A stretch of 63,736 nt of DNA, filler included, from Hyphochytrium catenoides (GCA_900088475.1; 12 parts of 12 records of this genome joined end to end with filler, not necessarily neighbours in it), one strand, 5' to 3'. Positions 53,680-63,736 are shown, numbered from the whole stretch's first letter. Translations and numbers: made by a program. The notes: generated by a model not told the origin, from the letters alone.

Positions 53680-54415
53680 TGTTAGCAGAGATAGCTTAGC
53701 GATAATCTCTCTAACAGAGCTCAGTTGAGAAAACGCAATCTATCGTGCAAGTGCTCTTTCCATAGCAGTGACTAACGAGAACATCTCTGTGCTACTCCAG
53801 CCCAAGACTCCACTCTGTTCTCTATATCAATAAAGGTTCTGGACCCACTGAACTTGCAGGAGCTAGTCACTGAAACACTGAAACATGGCTGCGCAAACGA
53901 CCATGGAGCATACCTTGCCAACCGCGAGCATTCCCAAGCTTACCGGATCAAACTTCCGCATCTGGAGGGAGCTGGTTATGCTCGCGCTGAAGCAGAGGAA
54001 GCTGTGGACTGTAGTCTGTGATGACGGAGACCGCGAACAACCTCCATCAACGACGAAGGAGACAGCAAAAGAGCTGGCCGACTGGAGGCGAACAAGTGAT
54101 GCAGCGCAGGGCGTCATTCTCTCCACCCTTACCCCTGAAATCTTCTCTGATGTTATCGGAGTAAAGACAGCGCCCGAGGTATGAGATATACTCAAGCAAG
54201 AGTATGGGAAACTTCGCCCAGCAGAAGCAATGAGGATCAGAGACGATCTTCAGAACATCAAGAAGCGCAAGGACGAGACCATCCATCAGTACATTGCCCG
54301 AGCTAAAGGAATGATGCGCGAGCTTTTAGATGGCGAAGAGAAGATTGATGAAAGCACGGTGGTGAACTACGTCATCCGGGGGCTTCCGGAGGAGTACAGG
54401 CTCATCACCAAGGTT
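53680..54415 (+). mobile_element. Ty1/Copia LTR retrotransposon, 5' part (LTR, PBS, gag)
   Basis: Putative LTR TGTTAG...TATCAATA (53680-53832), PBS-like GGTTCTGGACCCA (53835-53847), then gag. Confidence 0.85.
53885..54415 (+). pseudogene. gag: Copia gag (UBN2-type) with in-frame stop
   Basis: IPKLTGSNFRIW...LKQRKLWTVV...TAPEV*DILKQEY...ETIHQYIARAK...VIRGLPEEY; TGA at 54182-54184 where Trp is conserved. Confidence 0.85.
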
Positions 54416-54515
54416 NNNNNNNNNNNNNNNNNNNNNNNNNNNNNNNNNNNNNNNNNNNNTTAATTAATTAANNNNNNNNNNNNNNNNNNNNNNNNNNNNN
54501 NNNNNNNNNNNNNNN

Positions 54516-56418
54516 TCAGCAAACATTGAGTTCCGGATACGGTAAGTTACTAGCTCACCAGCCCGAGCAGGTTGACCTGAAGTCAGATGTATAAGCGCTA
54601 ATAAAAGTTTTGTTGCCTCCTCCGCCTTCTTTAGGAACTCTTGAGCGCCAGTTTTGTTGATTAGCAAGCCTTGTTGAGCACTACTCCCACTAGAAGCATC
54701 TGCTAATGACATTGCCAAACAGCCAGCAGCAGTGTGGCCACTTTTGGCCAAGCTACACACCTTCTTGATAAAGGCGGCAGGATCCCACCGGTTCCGAGCA
54801 TCGGTGAGAAACAGTATCCCCCATTGTACTCCTGTCGGTTGTCCAACCAGCCAGTAAATGGAATAGGACTTGGCTTACAACTGATATTGAGAAGAAGGTC
54901 GTGATGGATAACCTTGTGGCAAGCTTTCAGGATCGATTTCACTAATCCGCGTAGTCCGTCTAGAGTCACTCTCTGTCCATTTACCATCAGCGCATCAAAG
55001 ACTGGCTCTCTCCTCGCGTAGGGCTCCAACCAAGTGATGTTCGGTAGACGAGGGGCTTGAAAGCAGTAGCTGCTGGCCAACCGCATCAGATTTATTAGAT
55101 GAGAAAATGGAGTGTTGGGTCCCAGTCTTAGATAACGTAACACATCTAGGTCATGACGCTCTGGCATGTCAACCCCTAGGGTTATTTTAAGGCCAATTGC
55201 ACAGCGTGCAACATATTGCAGCATGGCGATAAGCGGCGTAACTCGATGTATCCGTGCAAAGCTAAAGTCGTTGGAAGAGTGGTTAGAGCGCTCAAGGGTA
55301 CAGAAGAGTAAGAACTGCACCACGGGGAAGGACTCTGGTCTGCTCCTCAGCTCTGCCTCCACAGCGAAAGAAGCGAACAGCAACTTGTGCACCTTGGTGG
55401 CTAGAGACTCTAATTCATCTTCAGACCTCAGCCCATCCCACAATTGACTAGCCAAAGGTTCCAGAACTCTTATATGGCTTAGACTGAAGCCGCTTCTGAT
55501 TCTGGAGTGAGTGTCGTCGTCGTCGACGAGCAAGAGAACACGCAGTATAAAGGAGATCAGTCTAATCCCTGTCCGCATGTATTTTCTTTTTGAACTCTCT
55601 TCCTGTAAAAGCCGAAATGGCTCGACATTGAGCTCAGAGGGAGAGGTGGAGTTTATATGCTGTCTCAGGAGGTAGTTCCTACCAATTGCAGTTTCCGACG
55701 TCCTGAAAAAGAGCTCAAAGGCTTCACTCAACCTTAAGAGCTCTTCTGGATCCCCTTGTTGGACATCAGGAGTACTGCAAGCCCAAAGTAGGCTTGGAAA
55801 ACTCTTATCTTGTACCAGGACAATCCACTCTGACGCTGCGTGGAGGAAATCCGACGTTAATCGTTGCTCTACATTACTAGTTATGAGAGGAGGTTCATCC
55901 CTATTAAGGAAGTTGCTGCACTCTGGTCCGCTACTTATAACCGCCTTCAGCACACCATTGACGAGTTGGGAGTTAATGGTCGATGGAGTAGTATCATGCG
56001 GGGGCCTCACGCTATGGGAACCATCTGCTACAACTTCATAGTACTTTGTCCTGTTGCCCCTCCTGACCGTCTGAATTTGGCAAGGCTCAGGGGGGGTGAA
56101 GGATCCTCCCCCGTTCTGGATGGGCACATGCGCATATGGGAGAGCATTGTCTTACGCTGGACTGAATAGTGACATCTCCCTGAGTTGTGGCAGGCGGTGC
56201 AGCGCCATCCAGCGTAAACTGGAAGGCCAAGGATAGGCGCAATGGGCTGCAAAGAGTGAGACAGTCTCGGTATTAGCTTCAGCTCAGGCGTCCTGTTACA
56301 AAGATGGTGTGACAGTGAAGTCGAACTCTACTGCGATGCAAGCTTCGCGGACTTGATTGAAGTGTTCTAGGGTAAGTGGAGCTTGTCCCTTGCAATCACG
56401 GACATGCTTTCTGAGGGC
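54516..56418 (-). mobile_element. DUF3505 + 'GQPAR' element resembling fungal telomere-linked RecQ helicase-like proteins; frameshifted, both ends truncated
   Basis: ALRKHVRDC...PILGLPVYAGWRCTAC...TMLSHMR...CQIQT...KYYEV (DUF3505-like), FRLLQEESSKRKY, VTPLIAMLQYVAR, TPFSHLINL, LLALIHLTSGQPARAGELVTYRIRN. Frame changes near 56300, 56095 and 54760. Confidence 0.72.
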
Positions 56419-56518
56419 NNNNNNNNNNNNNNNNNNNNNNNNNNNNNNNNNNNNNNNNNNNNTTAATTAATTAANNNNNNNNNNNNNNNNNNNNNNNNNN
56501 NNNNNNNNNNNNNNNNNN

Positions 56519-56890
56519 CTGCAACCCCTCGAAAGGTGTACAGCTAGCTACAAACCGATGCCAGTATAATAAAGTAGAGGAAGGCAGGTGTACATCATGT
56601 ACATTGCTGCCCCGCGGTAGAAGGGTTGTAAGACAGGCTTCCGCTCTGCAACCCCTCGAAAGGTGTACAGCTAGCTACAGCCTAATACCGATACAATACA
56701 GTGGAGCAAGGCAAGTGTACATCATGTACGTTGGTGTCCGGCGGTAGAAGGGTTGTAAGACAGGCTTCCGCTCTGCGACCCCCATACCGCTGCTGACAGA
56801 AACCGCTTACTAGAGGAACACAAGACACAATGTGGACGTTGGCTACCCCGTCGCCACAGGGTTAAAAGACAGACTTCCGGTAGGCAACCC
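56519..56890. repeat. 127-bp tandem repeat with conserved hairpin
   Basis: Units start at 56519, 56646 and 56773; shared core GGGTTGTAAGACAGGCTTCCGCTCTGC(A/G)ACCCC; diverged copy at about 56858-56890. Confidence 0.85.
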
Positions 56891-58294
56891 GACCCTCCAA
56901 GTTTTGGCTGGCTGCAGCTAGAGGTCTAAGATTTAGGTTTTAGGGTCTTAGGGGGGGTCAACCCAAATATACTAACATTATATGTAGTATAGTATAGATC
57001 CTTGTCCCACAGCGTCTACTTTTATTTAGGTTTAGGACTCCTTGTCAGCGTACCTAAACTTACAGGCTTGCAGCCTGGAAGGGTACCCAATCGCCTAAGC
57101 CCGGGTTTTGTTCCTGCGACCCCTTCCCATACTTGTAATAGTAAAGATCAATTCAAGATCGGGAGGTCGTAGGGTCGCCGTACGATATTAGCGGAGCAAT
57201 GGGTAGTGGAAGTCAATTCACTCCTGCATAGTTATGGGTTCAGTAGTTGCGTTACTGCCACTTTCCTCCGGCGGCCGCTAACGCCATTTTTCGGGTACGT
57301 GGCACTATCCTCTTCCGGGGTGCCTGACATGTCAGGGTCGTTCCCATCGAGACTTTTTTTTGGTACGAGTAGCACGAGGTAGCATGCTACCAAATTGAGC
57401 TGGTAACTTCAATAATGTAGCATGCTACCATATCATGCGGACATTTGGGAATGACGATACTTCCCATGAAATATAGCAATTATTTCGTATTTTTCGCTTC
57501 AGCCTTGTAGGTCTCTAAATAAATGTCAGGCTCACATACCCCAAGCTTCTTCCGCCTTGGCACCAATTATTATGCGAGAGCAGGTGCTTCTGTCCTCTAG
57601 TTCGCCAGTTTGCTTTTTGCCATCTCTGTGAAAGGAGGTTCGCATTCAAGAAGGTTGTGAAGCACAAAAAGACCATGAAGGCAAGCCAGAAAAAGAGGAG
57701 GCCATAGGCGGCATCATTAGAAGAATGTGAAGAGCTTTTCCTTCCTCTTGCCGTCATCTTCCTTTCTCTCCTCACAGCGCCCTTAAAGAACAAAGAAAGC
57801 CAAAGAGCTCATCCCCCGATGACGACTTCGGCTGATCATGTTCTTGATGATGCAGCAGCAGCTACAAATGGAGGAGGAGGACGGACGATCGACGAGCAGG
57901 AAGAAGAGTTTTCTGACGACGCCTCATTGTTTAGGCTGCAAAAGCGAAGGAGAGAGAAGCGAAGACGAGAAGAAGAGGAGGAGGAGGAAGAAGAAGAGTT
58001 TTTGATTCTCTGTGTAAGGAATGGGACTGTGGTCTAAGGGAAAAATCTATTAATGAACGAAAATGATTAGTAGTAGCGGCACTCTGATAAGCCTAACCAA
58101 GAGGCCTTTCCTTATACCCTTTCCCGTCCTACGCAGACTTCCTCCTGTTGAGGATCAAACTTTTCTCTCACGTTCCTTCATCTGACTCTTTGTGNNNNNN
58201 NNNNNNNNNNNNNNNNNNNNNNNNNNNNNNNNNNNNNNTTAATTAATTAANNNNNNNNNNNNNNNNNNNNNNNNNNNNNNNNNNNNNNNNNNNN

Positions 58295-58645
58295 AAATCT
58301 CCAGTCTAGAAAATGAGAGCCCATCTCTACAATGAGCCGTACCGCTCCTTTTGTCCGCATAGACCCCGTACCCAAAGCATCGTACAGGGTTTGCTTCTTA
58401 TCGTGGAGCTTCACTCCTGCGGCATGCTCCTTGAGCCACGCCCAGCTTACAAGAGAAACCTCCGCTCCTGTATCCACTTCAGCCCGTGCAAGCGCCCCTT
58501 GCACCCTAACCTCCACTATTGTCGCCCGCAGTTGCACTGTGGGCTCAACGCTCACTTCCGCCCTTTTGGAGGGCGAAAGACTCGTGACTAGTTGATCCTG
58601 GGAGGCGCCAGCCGTCACGACTGCTCCGCCTCCCTCCCGTTTCCC
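58295..58645 (-). CDS. pol: Start of Pol: retroviral-type aspartic protease in the -1 frame (truncated)
   Basis: VEVRVQGALARAEVDTGAEVSLVS (DTGA motif). Confidence 0.88.
58582..58645 (-). promoter_or_regulatory. Programmed -1 ribosomal frameshift signal (slippery heptamer + pseudoknot)
   Basis: G GGA AAC in the Gag frame, then stem GGGAGGCG/CGCCTCCC whose loop TCGTGAC pairs with downstream GTCACGA. Confidence 0.85.
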
Positions 58646-59853
58646 TCCGAGACGTGCTTGACGCTAGGTCCCGTCTGCTTTGGACAATCAGACTTGAAAT
58701 GTCCCTTGTTATGGCAGATGAAGCACTCCACTTCACTCAGCGGCGTATTCCGGTCAGCCTTAGGCACGGGTGGCCTCCCCACGCCCTCCTTCGGCTTGTC
58801 CGGGACCTTCTGCTTCTTCTTCCCGGTGGGCCTATCCGGTCTTTGGTTGCGAGGGTTCTTCGCGCACTTCGCCCACCTGTGACCGTTCGACCGACAGGTC
58901 CTGCAAGAGAACTGCTTCTCCTGGCTCGGCCGCTGCTTTGATCCGTCGGCTTCACCGCTGAACGCCTCCCGCCACAACGACCTCATCTTTACTGCCAAAT
59001 CCTCAAACGCTGGCCTAGTTAGCGCATTGTCCAGACGACTGTCCAGCAATATCCTCAAGGCCCGCTCCCTCGGGTGTCCCGTCACCCCGTCCACGAGCAT
59101 GCGTGCCATCCTCGAAAAGGTCAGCGCTCCTTCGTGACCATAGTAACGGCGTGTTTCCCGTCGCAGGTCATTCAGTAGTCCTTCTCGTCTGTTAACGTAA
59201 TCAAGCCAGTCTATCTCCCGACCTCTGCTTGGGGCCTTCTGGGACCGCAGCTCTTCTCTTAGCTGCTCCATAGGATCCACCGCCCCGTGAGCAATGGCAT
59301 CTCCATCTAATCGTCTCCGCAGGGCCCGCTGGAGGCCATCATACGTCCTGCGGTCTGAAGGGGTCAACAGCGTTAGCACATGGCGGTACTGTTTTCCGAT
59401 GGACTCTTCCAGTGCCATGACACGCTGTGAGTCTGGCCAGCGCCGTGTAACCACCTCCAAGTCCCGGAGATGGTGCCGGAACGATTGATGCCCCTCAAAG
59501 ATCGGTAATCGCTCGCGGTCCCGCGCGGAGATTGTCCCTAACCCTGAATCTCGCCGGGAGAGGTCTTCTCCTCCATCTTCACTCTCGCCCGCGGAGCCTG
59601 CACTCCTTCTTTCTTCTAGTGGGTCCATCCCACCCTCGAACTCCTCACGTTCACTGTCTGACGACACCAACTGGTCCAGAAGTCGACGTGTCACCTGTCT
59701 TTCAGTGCCACGCGGCGCACTGCGTGGGGTCCTGTTCCCCCGGCGCCATGGTCCATTAACACCGCGTGATCGCACCCTTGGCTCAGTTTCCGCTGGCCGG
59801 TGGGAGCTCGTTCGCTCCCTGTCCCTGTTGGCACTCATTCGCGCCCGTGGCAC
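58615..59853 (-). CDS. gag: Ty3/gypsy-like Gag with two CCHC zinc knuckles
   Basis: LPIFEG, TYDGLQRALRRR, CRTCRSNGHRWAKC and CFICHNKGHFKSDC; ends in EGNGR...; uninterrupted 412-aa frame. Confidence 0.88.
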   Translation of the reverse strand: MPRARMSANRDRERTSSHRPAETEPRVRSRGVNGPWRRGNRTPRSAPRGTERQVTRRLLDQLVSSDSEREEFEGGMDPLEERRSAGSAGESEDGGEDLSRRDSGLGTISARDRERLPIFEGHQSFRHHLRDLEVVTRRWPDSQRVMALEESIGKQYRHVLTLLTPSDRRTYDGLQRALRRRLDGDAIAHGAVDPMEQLREELRSQKAPSRGREIDWLDYVNRREGLLNDLRRETRRYYGHEGALTFSRMARMLVDGVTGHPRERALRILLDSRLDNALTRPAFEDLAVKMRSLWREAFSGEADGSKQRPSQEKQFSCRTCRSNGHRWAKCAKNPRNQRPDRPTGKKKQKVPDKPKEGVGRPPVPKADRNTPLSEVECFICHNKGHFKSDCPKQTGPSVKHVSEGNGREAEQS

Positions 59854-60000
59854 AGTTCCTGNNNNNNNNNNNNNNNNNNNNNNNNNNNNNNNNNNNNNNN
59901 NNNNNTTAATTAATTAANNNNNNNNNNNNNNNNNNNNNNNNNNNNNNNNNNNNNNNNNNNNGGTCTTTCGGAGAAAATAGGTCATTATTGACCAGATCAG

Positions 60001-61145
60001 CCTGTAGTCTGAATACAACACGCACAAAGTGCTCACAAAGCTGTAACAAATACTGTAACGAGGTGTGTAAAGGCCCTCCTAGACGTATAGACCAGGAGAA
60101 AAGTACGGAGTACTCATCACTACCAAAGAATCAAAAGTGTAAAAAGAGCACCGCTGCGGGGGCTCGAACCCCGGACCACCAGCTTAAAAGGCTGGCGCTC
60201 TACCGACTGAGCTACACCGGTTTGCTCGATACTGGAGGGAGTATCAATAGGATATAAATGTGAAAATCCCAATATAGTTCAAGGCTTTTTTCTGGGTACC
60301 TTTACTGGGTTTATTGGGTGGGTTCGTATTTCGTAATGGCGAGAACAAATTCACTTACCTTCATAGCCCAATTATGGGTATTAATGGAAGATCCTGGTCT
60401 CTGGCTTGATGCTCAGGTTCTGAAGATCAGCTTGGAGTTGGGTTTCCTTCTTCCTATCTACGAGTTCTATTGTTGCTTCTTGGTCAAGGCCTCCTGAATC
60501 TGCTGCATCTGCTGAATGAAGTTAAGGCGGTGTGAAGCATGCCAGTTCGATTTATACTTCAGAGCTCAATGCATCTCTCTAGCGGTGAGGCAGTCGTAGA
60601 AAGGAATAACGCCACCCAGCGAGCTTTGGATATCTTATGCTCTGGAGGAATCGGGCTTTGGTCTACTGGCTGCCCTCCAGAAGCACAGGCTCAAATATCC
60701 TGCTTTACAGATCTCCGCGTTCGCCCATCTTTCGGCCGCCAATATCACTTCATAGCATGACGGGGAAGCGTACCCGCTCAAGCGCTACCTCTAACAGCGT
60801 ATCACCTAAAACGGCAGATGGCACCGCCTTATCATCAAAGACTTCCAGAAGCAGAAGAACGCGTGGTCAAAGCAAGACGATGGATAAGGGGTCAGAAGGG
60901 CAAGGTACAAACTCATCATAAAGAAGAGAGGGAAAGGGGTTTAGATATAGGGAGAGACGCACCGATAGTAATAGGAAGCTATGATAATCTTAGATCTGAG
61001 CCTTACGGAAGAGGAACAAAGTCATGAAATTTGAATCCTTATCATTGTTGGGTCTCTCTAAGGCAAGAGTAAGGTCGCAAGGGTTGCAGAAGAAGATCCC
61101 AAAACGCCGCACAAGCGATACTGGCTTTTCAAAAGCGAACCGGAC
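60001..61145. repeat. Dispersed repeat carrying tRNA-Lys, copy 2
   Basis: Matches 10670-11824 along its length. Confidence 0.92.
60149..60221 (-). tRNA. trnK-UUU: tRNA-Lys(UUU), second copy
   Basis: Identical to 10817-10889 except G instead of A at position 68. Confidence 0.88.
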
Positions 61146-61679
61146 NNNNNNNNNNNNNNNNNNNNNNNNNNNNNNNNNNNNNNNNNNNNTTAATTAATTA
61201 ANNNNNNNNNNNNNNNNNNNNNNNNNNNNNNNNNNNNNNNNNNNNCTCTCTCTCCCTGTCTCTCTCCCTCTCTCATTTCGCGTTTGCCGAGGTTCCCGGC
61301 AAAAAAATGCTTCTATATATACGGTCCACCATCTCCTATCTGTCTGGTGGTGGCCAGTGCAGCTCCTATCTGCCGTCTATCCTGGGCCTTCACTTACATT
61401 GTTATGGTGCAGGTACTCTAGGCCGAGGATCTAGCAGTGAGACAGAAGCAGTCGAGACGTCGTTAGATTTACTTTTGAAGCAAGGGGAAGCCGAAAAGTG
61501 AGGAGAGGATGGCTGTCAACGAACTTTTCAAGTGAGTTTTGACAACAAACGGCCACATGAGAGGAGAGAGAGAGAAAGAGAGAGAGAGAAAGAGAGAAAG
61601 AGAGAAAGAGAGAAAGAGAGAAGAGAGAAAGAGAGAAAGAGAGAAAGAAAAGACAGAGACACACAGAGAGAGAGAATAT

Positions 61680-62326
61680 ACCAGTTGACGAAAATATCGC
61701 TTCGCATCTTGCTCTGACAGGGGCTTCAGCTTCCTGCTCATACCCATAAGAGCATGTTAGGATTCATTGGATCAGAAGGCAAGACACAGCGAGGGGTTTT
61801 CAAGTGGAAGGCCATACAGGGGATGGAAAGGGCAGAGAGAGTGAGAAGGCTTATATAAGAAGGAAGAAAGGAGCGCGAGCATAGCGTGAGAGGATATGTG
61901 GCAGGCCAAGGCAAACAGAAAAGTTCTTGAAAAGTAAAGCAAAGGCCCTACAGGCGACTATCCGGCATGACAGGACCGCCCTCGACGAGCTCAGAGACCA
62001 TGTAGAGGTTGTCGTACTCTGCCCGGAGAGAAGATTGAGGTGAGAGGCGCTGATGCTCGTCGTGCTCAAAAGACAGGTGGGGAAGAGCTAGAGACCGAGA
62101 AGAAGCACAGACAAAGCAAAGGAGACATCTAGCACTCTTCTCGATATACATTAGATGATTAGATGGAAACGAAGAGAGAGCAGCACAGAAAGGACAACTA
62201 TTAAAAGAGAATGATAAGAACAAGGACGAAGAGAAGAGGAGAGAGGCCCCTACGTCTTACCCTCATCGTCAATCACTTCGTGGAGCACAAGGCAGTGCGG
62301 ATGAATGACCTTCTTCCATATCGCGA
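61680..62326 (-). CDS. Ser/Thr kinase fragment, CaMKK-like (internal exons)
   Basis: IAIWKKVIHPHCLVLHEVIDDE / EYDNLYMVSELVEGGPVM / KPLSEQDAKRYFRQLV. Confidence 0.75.
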
Positions 62327-62426
62327 NNNNNNNNNNNNNNNNNNNNNNNNNNNNNNNNNNNNNNNNNNNNTTAATTAATTAANNNNNNNNNNNNNNNNNN
62401 NNNNNNNNNNNNNNNNNNNNNNNNNN

Positions 62427-63125
62427 CGCCATCAATGGCAGATATCAACAAAAGAAGTTCAGCGGCTGGAGCAGGTACTTGCATTGAAGAAGGAAGTAGA
62501 TTGTTTCGCGGAGGAGTGAAATGCAGTTCATTCCCTTCATTTTTCATGGCACACTACCCGGAACTCTGCTGGAAGAGATGGGCTCTCACAGAGCTGGAGG
62601 GAACGTCTGTGCTGGTGGGCACCGCCTTTTCCTTTGATCAATTGGACCCTAGAAAAGATCAAACAAGACGGAGCTCAGGGCATCATCGTCTGCCCCGAAT
62701 GGCCAAGTGCAATATGGTGGCCAGTGCTGCTGGAGCTTAGTGACAATAGAGCGTCCGTCGGAACCCAATGCGTCACATGGCACGAATTACATCCACAATT
62801 ACCAAGCAACGCTGCTGTCCCAACATCATGGCCTCTCATCGCCTGCAGGATTGGCGACAACAAGAAAATTCGCACAGCTCATGAGCAAGATCCAGTCCAG
62901 GAGACTCATATAGCCACCATGCCGCGGAGCACAGCCAACGCTAGCAATAGAGGCCAACAGGACAGCAGCAACAACACTAATCACGAGGGGCGGCTGAGAC
63001 ACATCAGTCATGACCCCAGCCTCATCACGAGTCTTATTGCCGACGGACCACCATCAGACAGAAAGATCAACCCAACAACACAAAGGACAAAGAAGGGAGA
63101 CCCCTTCTCATCAGCAGGATTATAA
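62427..63125 (+). mobile_element. DIRS-like retrotransposon fragment: methyltransferase-like domain at end of pol
   Basis: HQWQIS...EVDCFAEE*NAV...GRDGLSQSW...WWAPPFPLINWTLEKIKQDGAQGIIVCPEWPSAIWWPVL; in-frame TGA at 62517-62519. Confidence 0.8.
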
Positions 63126-63606
63126 GGACAAGTAGCAGCCACCGAAGATCAGGACAGCAACAACAAAAGGAAAGGAGAGCCATCTTGGTAGCAACATCAT
63201 TTGTTGGACCAACCAAGCTTGAAATTCACACTGGACGTCATCGCCACGTTTCCACAATGTCAACCACCGAGGCTGGACCTGCGATTGCGATGCTGCCGCC
63301 AAAGAGTATTGTTATTTTGACCAACCGCTTGGTCATACGAGCAGCTGTTCTTCATCTATGATCACCATCATCATCATCGTCTCATCTTCCACCAATTTTC
63401 TTTTTAGTTGCACTTTATCACTCAATTTTCCTTTCCCTTCTTACACTTCTTCTTGCTGCTGGACCTGCAACCTCCCTTCAGCATCGCTAGCAACAACGAT
63501 GTTATTCAATTCCTAACACCACCTCTTCGCCCTCTTGTTCCAGGTGGGCGAGGGCGGGGTTGAAGCTGTCAAGCCGAGACGCAGAGGAAAGCAGACGTTG
63601 TCTTCA

Positions 63607-63734
63607 TGATAATGTCCTCTTATTGCCAATAAGATCATTATCACTTGACAATATCCGTCATTCAATCGTATCAAATCTGTTATTTGATAGATTGGATGAC
63701 TGTCTGAGAGAGGGAAATCTCCTCTCTCTCTCAG
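63607..63734. repeat. Three consecutive hairpins; the first is shared with 18652-18702
   Basis: Inverted repeats at 63607-63644, 63657-63700 and 63704-63734. Confidence 0.75.
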
Positions 63735-63736
63735 TT

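Noticed and set aside
54182-54184. TGA at a conserved Trp position (also an in-frame TGA at 62517), suggesting UGA=Trp recoding
   Set aside because: Host genes use TGG for Trp throughout long ORFs, and SBDS and dUTPase end in TGA. Point mutation in dead TEs is simpler.
56519-56890. CRISPR-like repeat-spacer appearance
   Set aside because: The spacers are ~85 bp and the first two are homologous to each other; there are no cas genes and the context is eukaryotic.
56932-56957. Telomere
   Set aside because: Only about three degenerate TTTAGG(G) units, internal to the contig.
11825-62426. Recurring TTAATTAATTAA motif and gene neighbourhoods that span it (e.g. Copia next to the DUF3505 element next to telomere-like repeats)
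   Set aside because: It is an artificial six-frame-stop linker inside N runs, so adjacency across linkers carries no biological information.

Overview
This window is not one locus. It is about 12 unrelated eukaryotic contigs joined by artificial N-TTAATTAATTAA-N linkers, plus one plain N gap, so gene neighbourhoods only mean something inside a contig. The host is an intron-rich protist. An SBDS with a C-terminal C2H2 finger and a giant RCC1/SPRY/Kelch protein suggest a stramenopile-like, non-opisthokont lineage (inference). Host genes rebuilt by hand from exons: dUTPase with an extra C-terminal domain, an intronless SET protein, an ASH2-like PHD/winged-helix protein, SBDS, a PH-Sec6-like protein, a bHLH-ZIP factor, a TMEM70-like protein, a HERC-like giant, a multi-EF-hand protein and a CaMKK-like fragment. 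Mobile and repeat content: Copia, Ty3/gypsy and DIRS retrotransposon pieces, a fungal-type DUF3505/'GQPAR' element, a repeat family carrying tRNA-Lys(UUU) (two copies), and several tandem or hairpin arrays. The best leads are (1) the DUF3505-GQPAR putative tyrosine-recombinase/RecQ-type element in an apparently non-fungal genome, (2) a spliced PIF1-like gene with an open helicase frame but substituted ATPase motifs, lying between a tandem array and a multi-copy hairpin, (3) the tRNA-carrying repeat, and (4) a clear -1 frameshift pseudoknot in the gypsy element. Family assignments come from motif recognition, not database searches. Boundaries of multi-exon genes are approximate.
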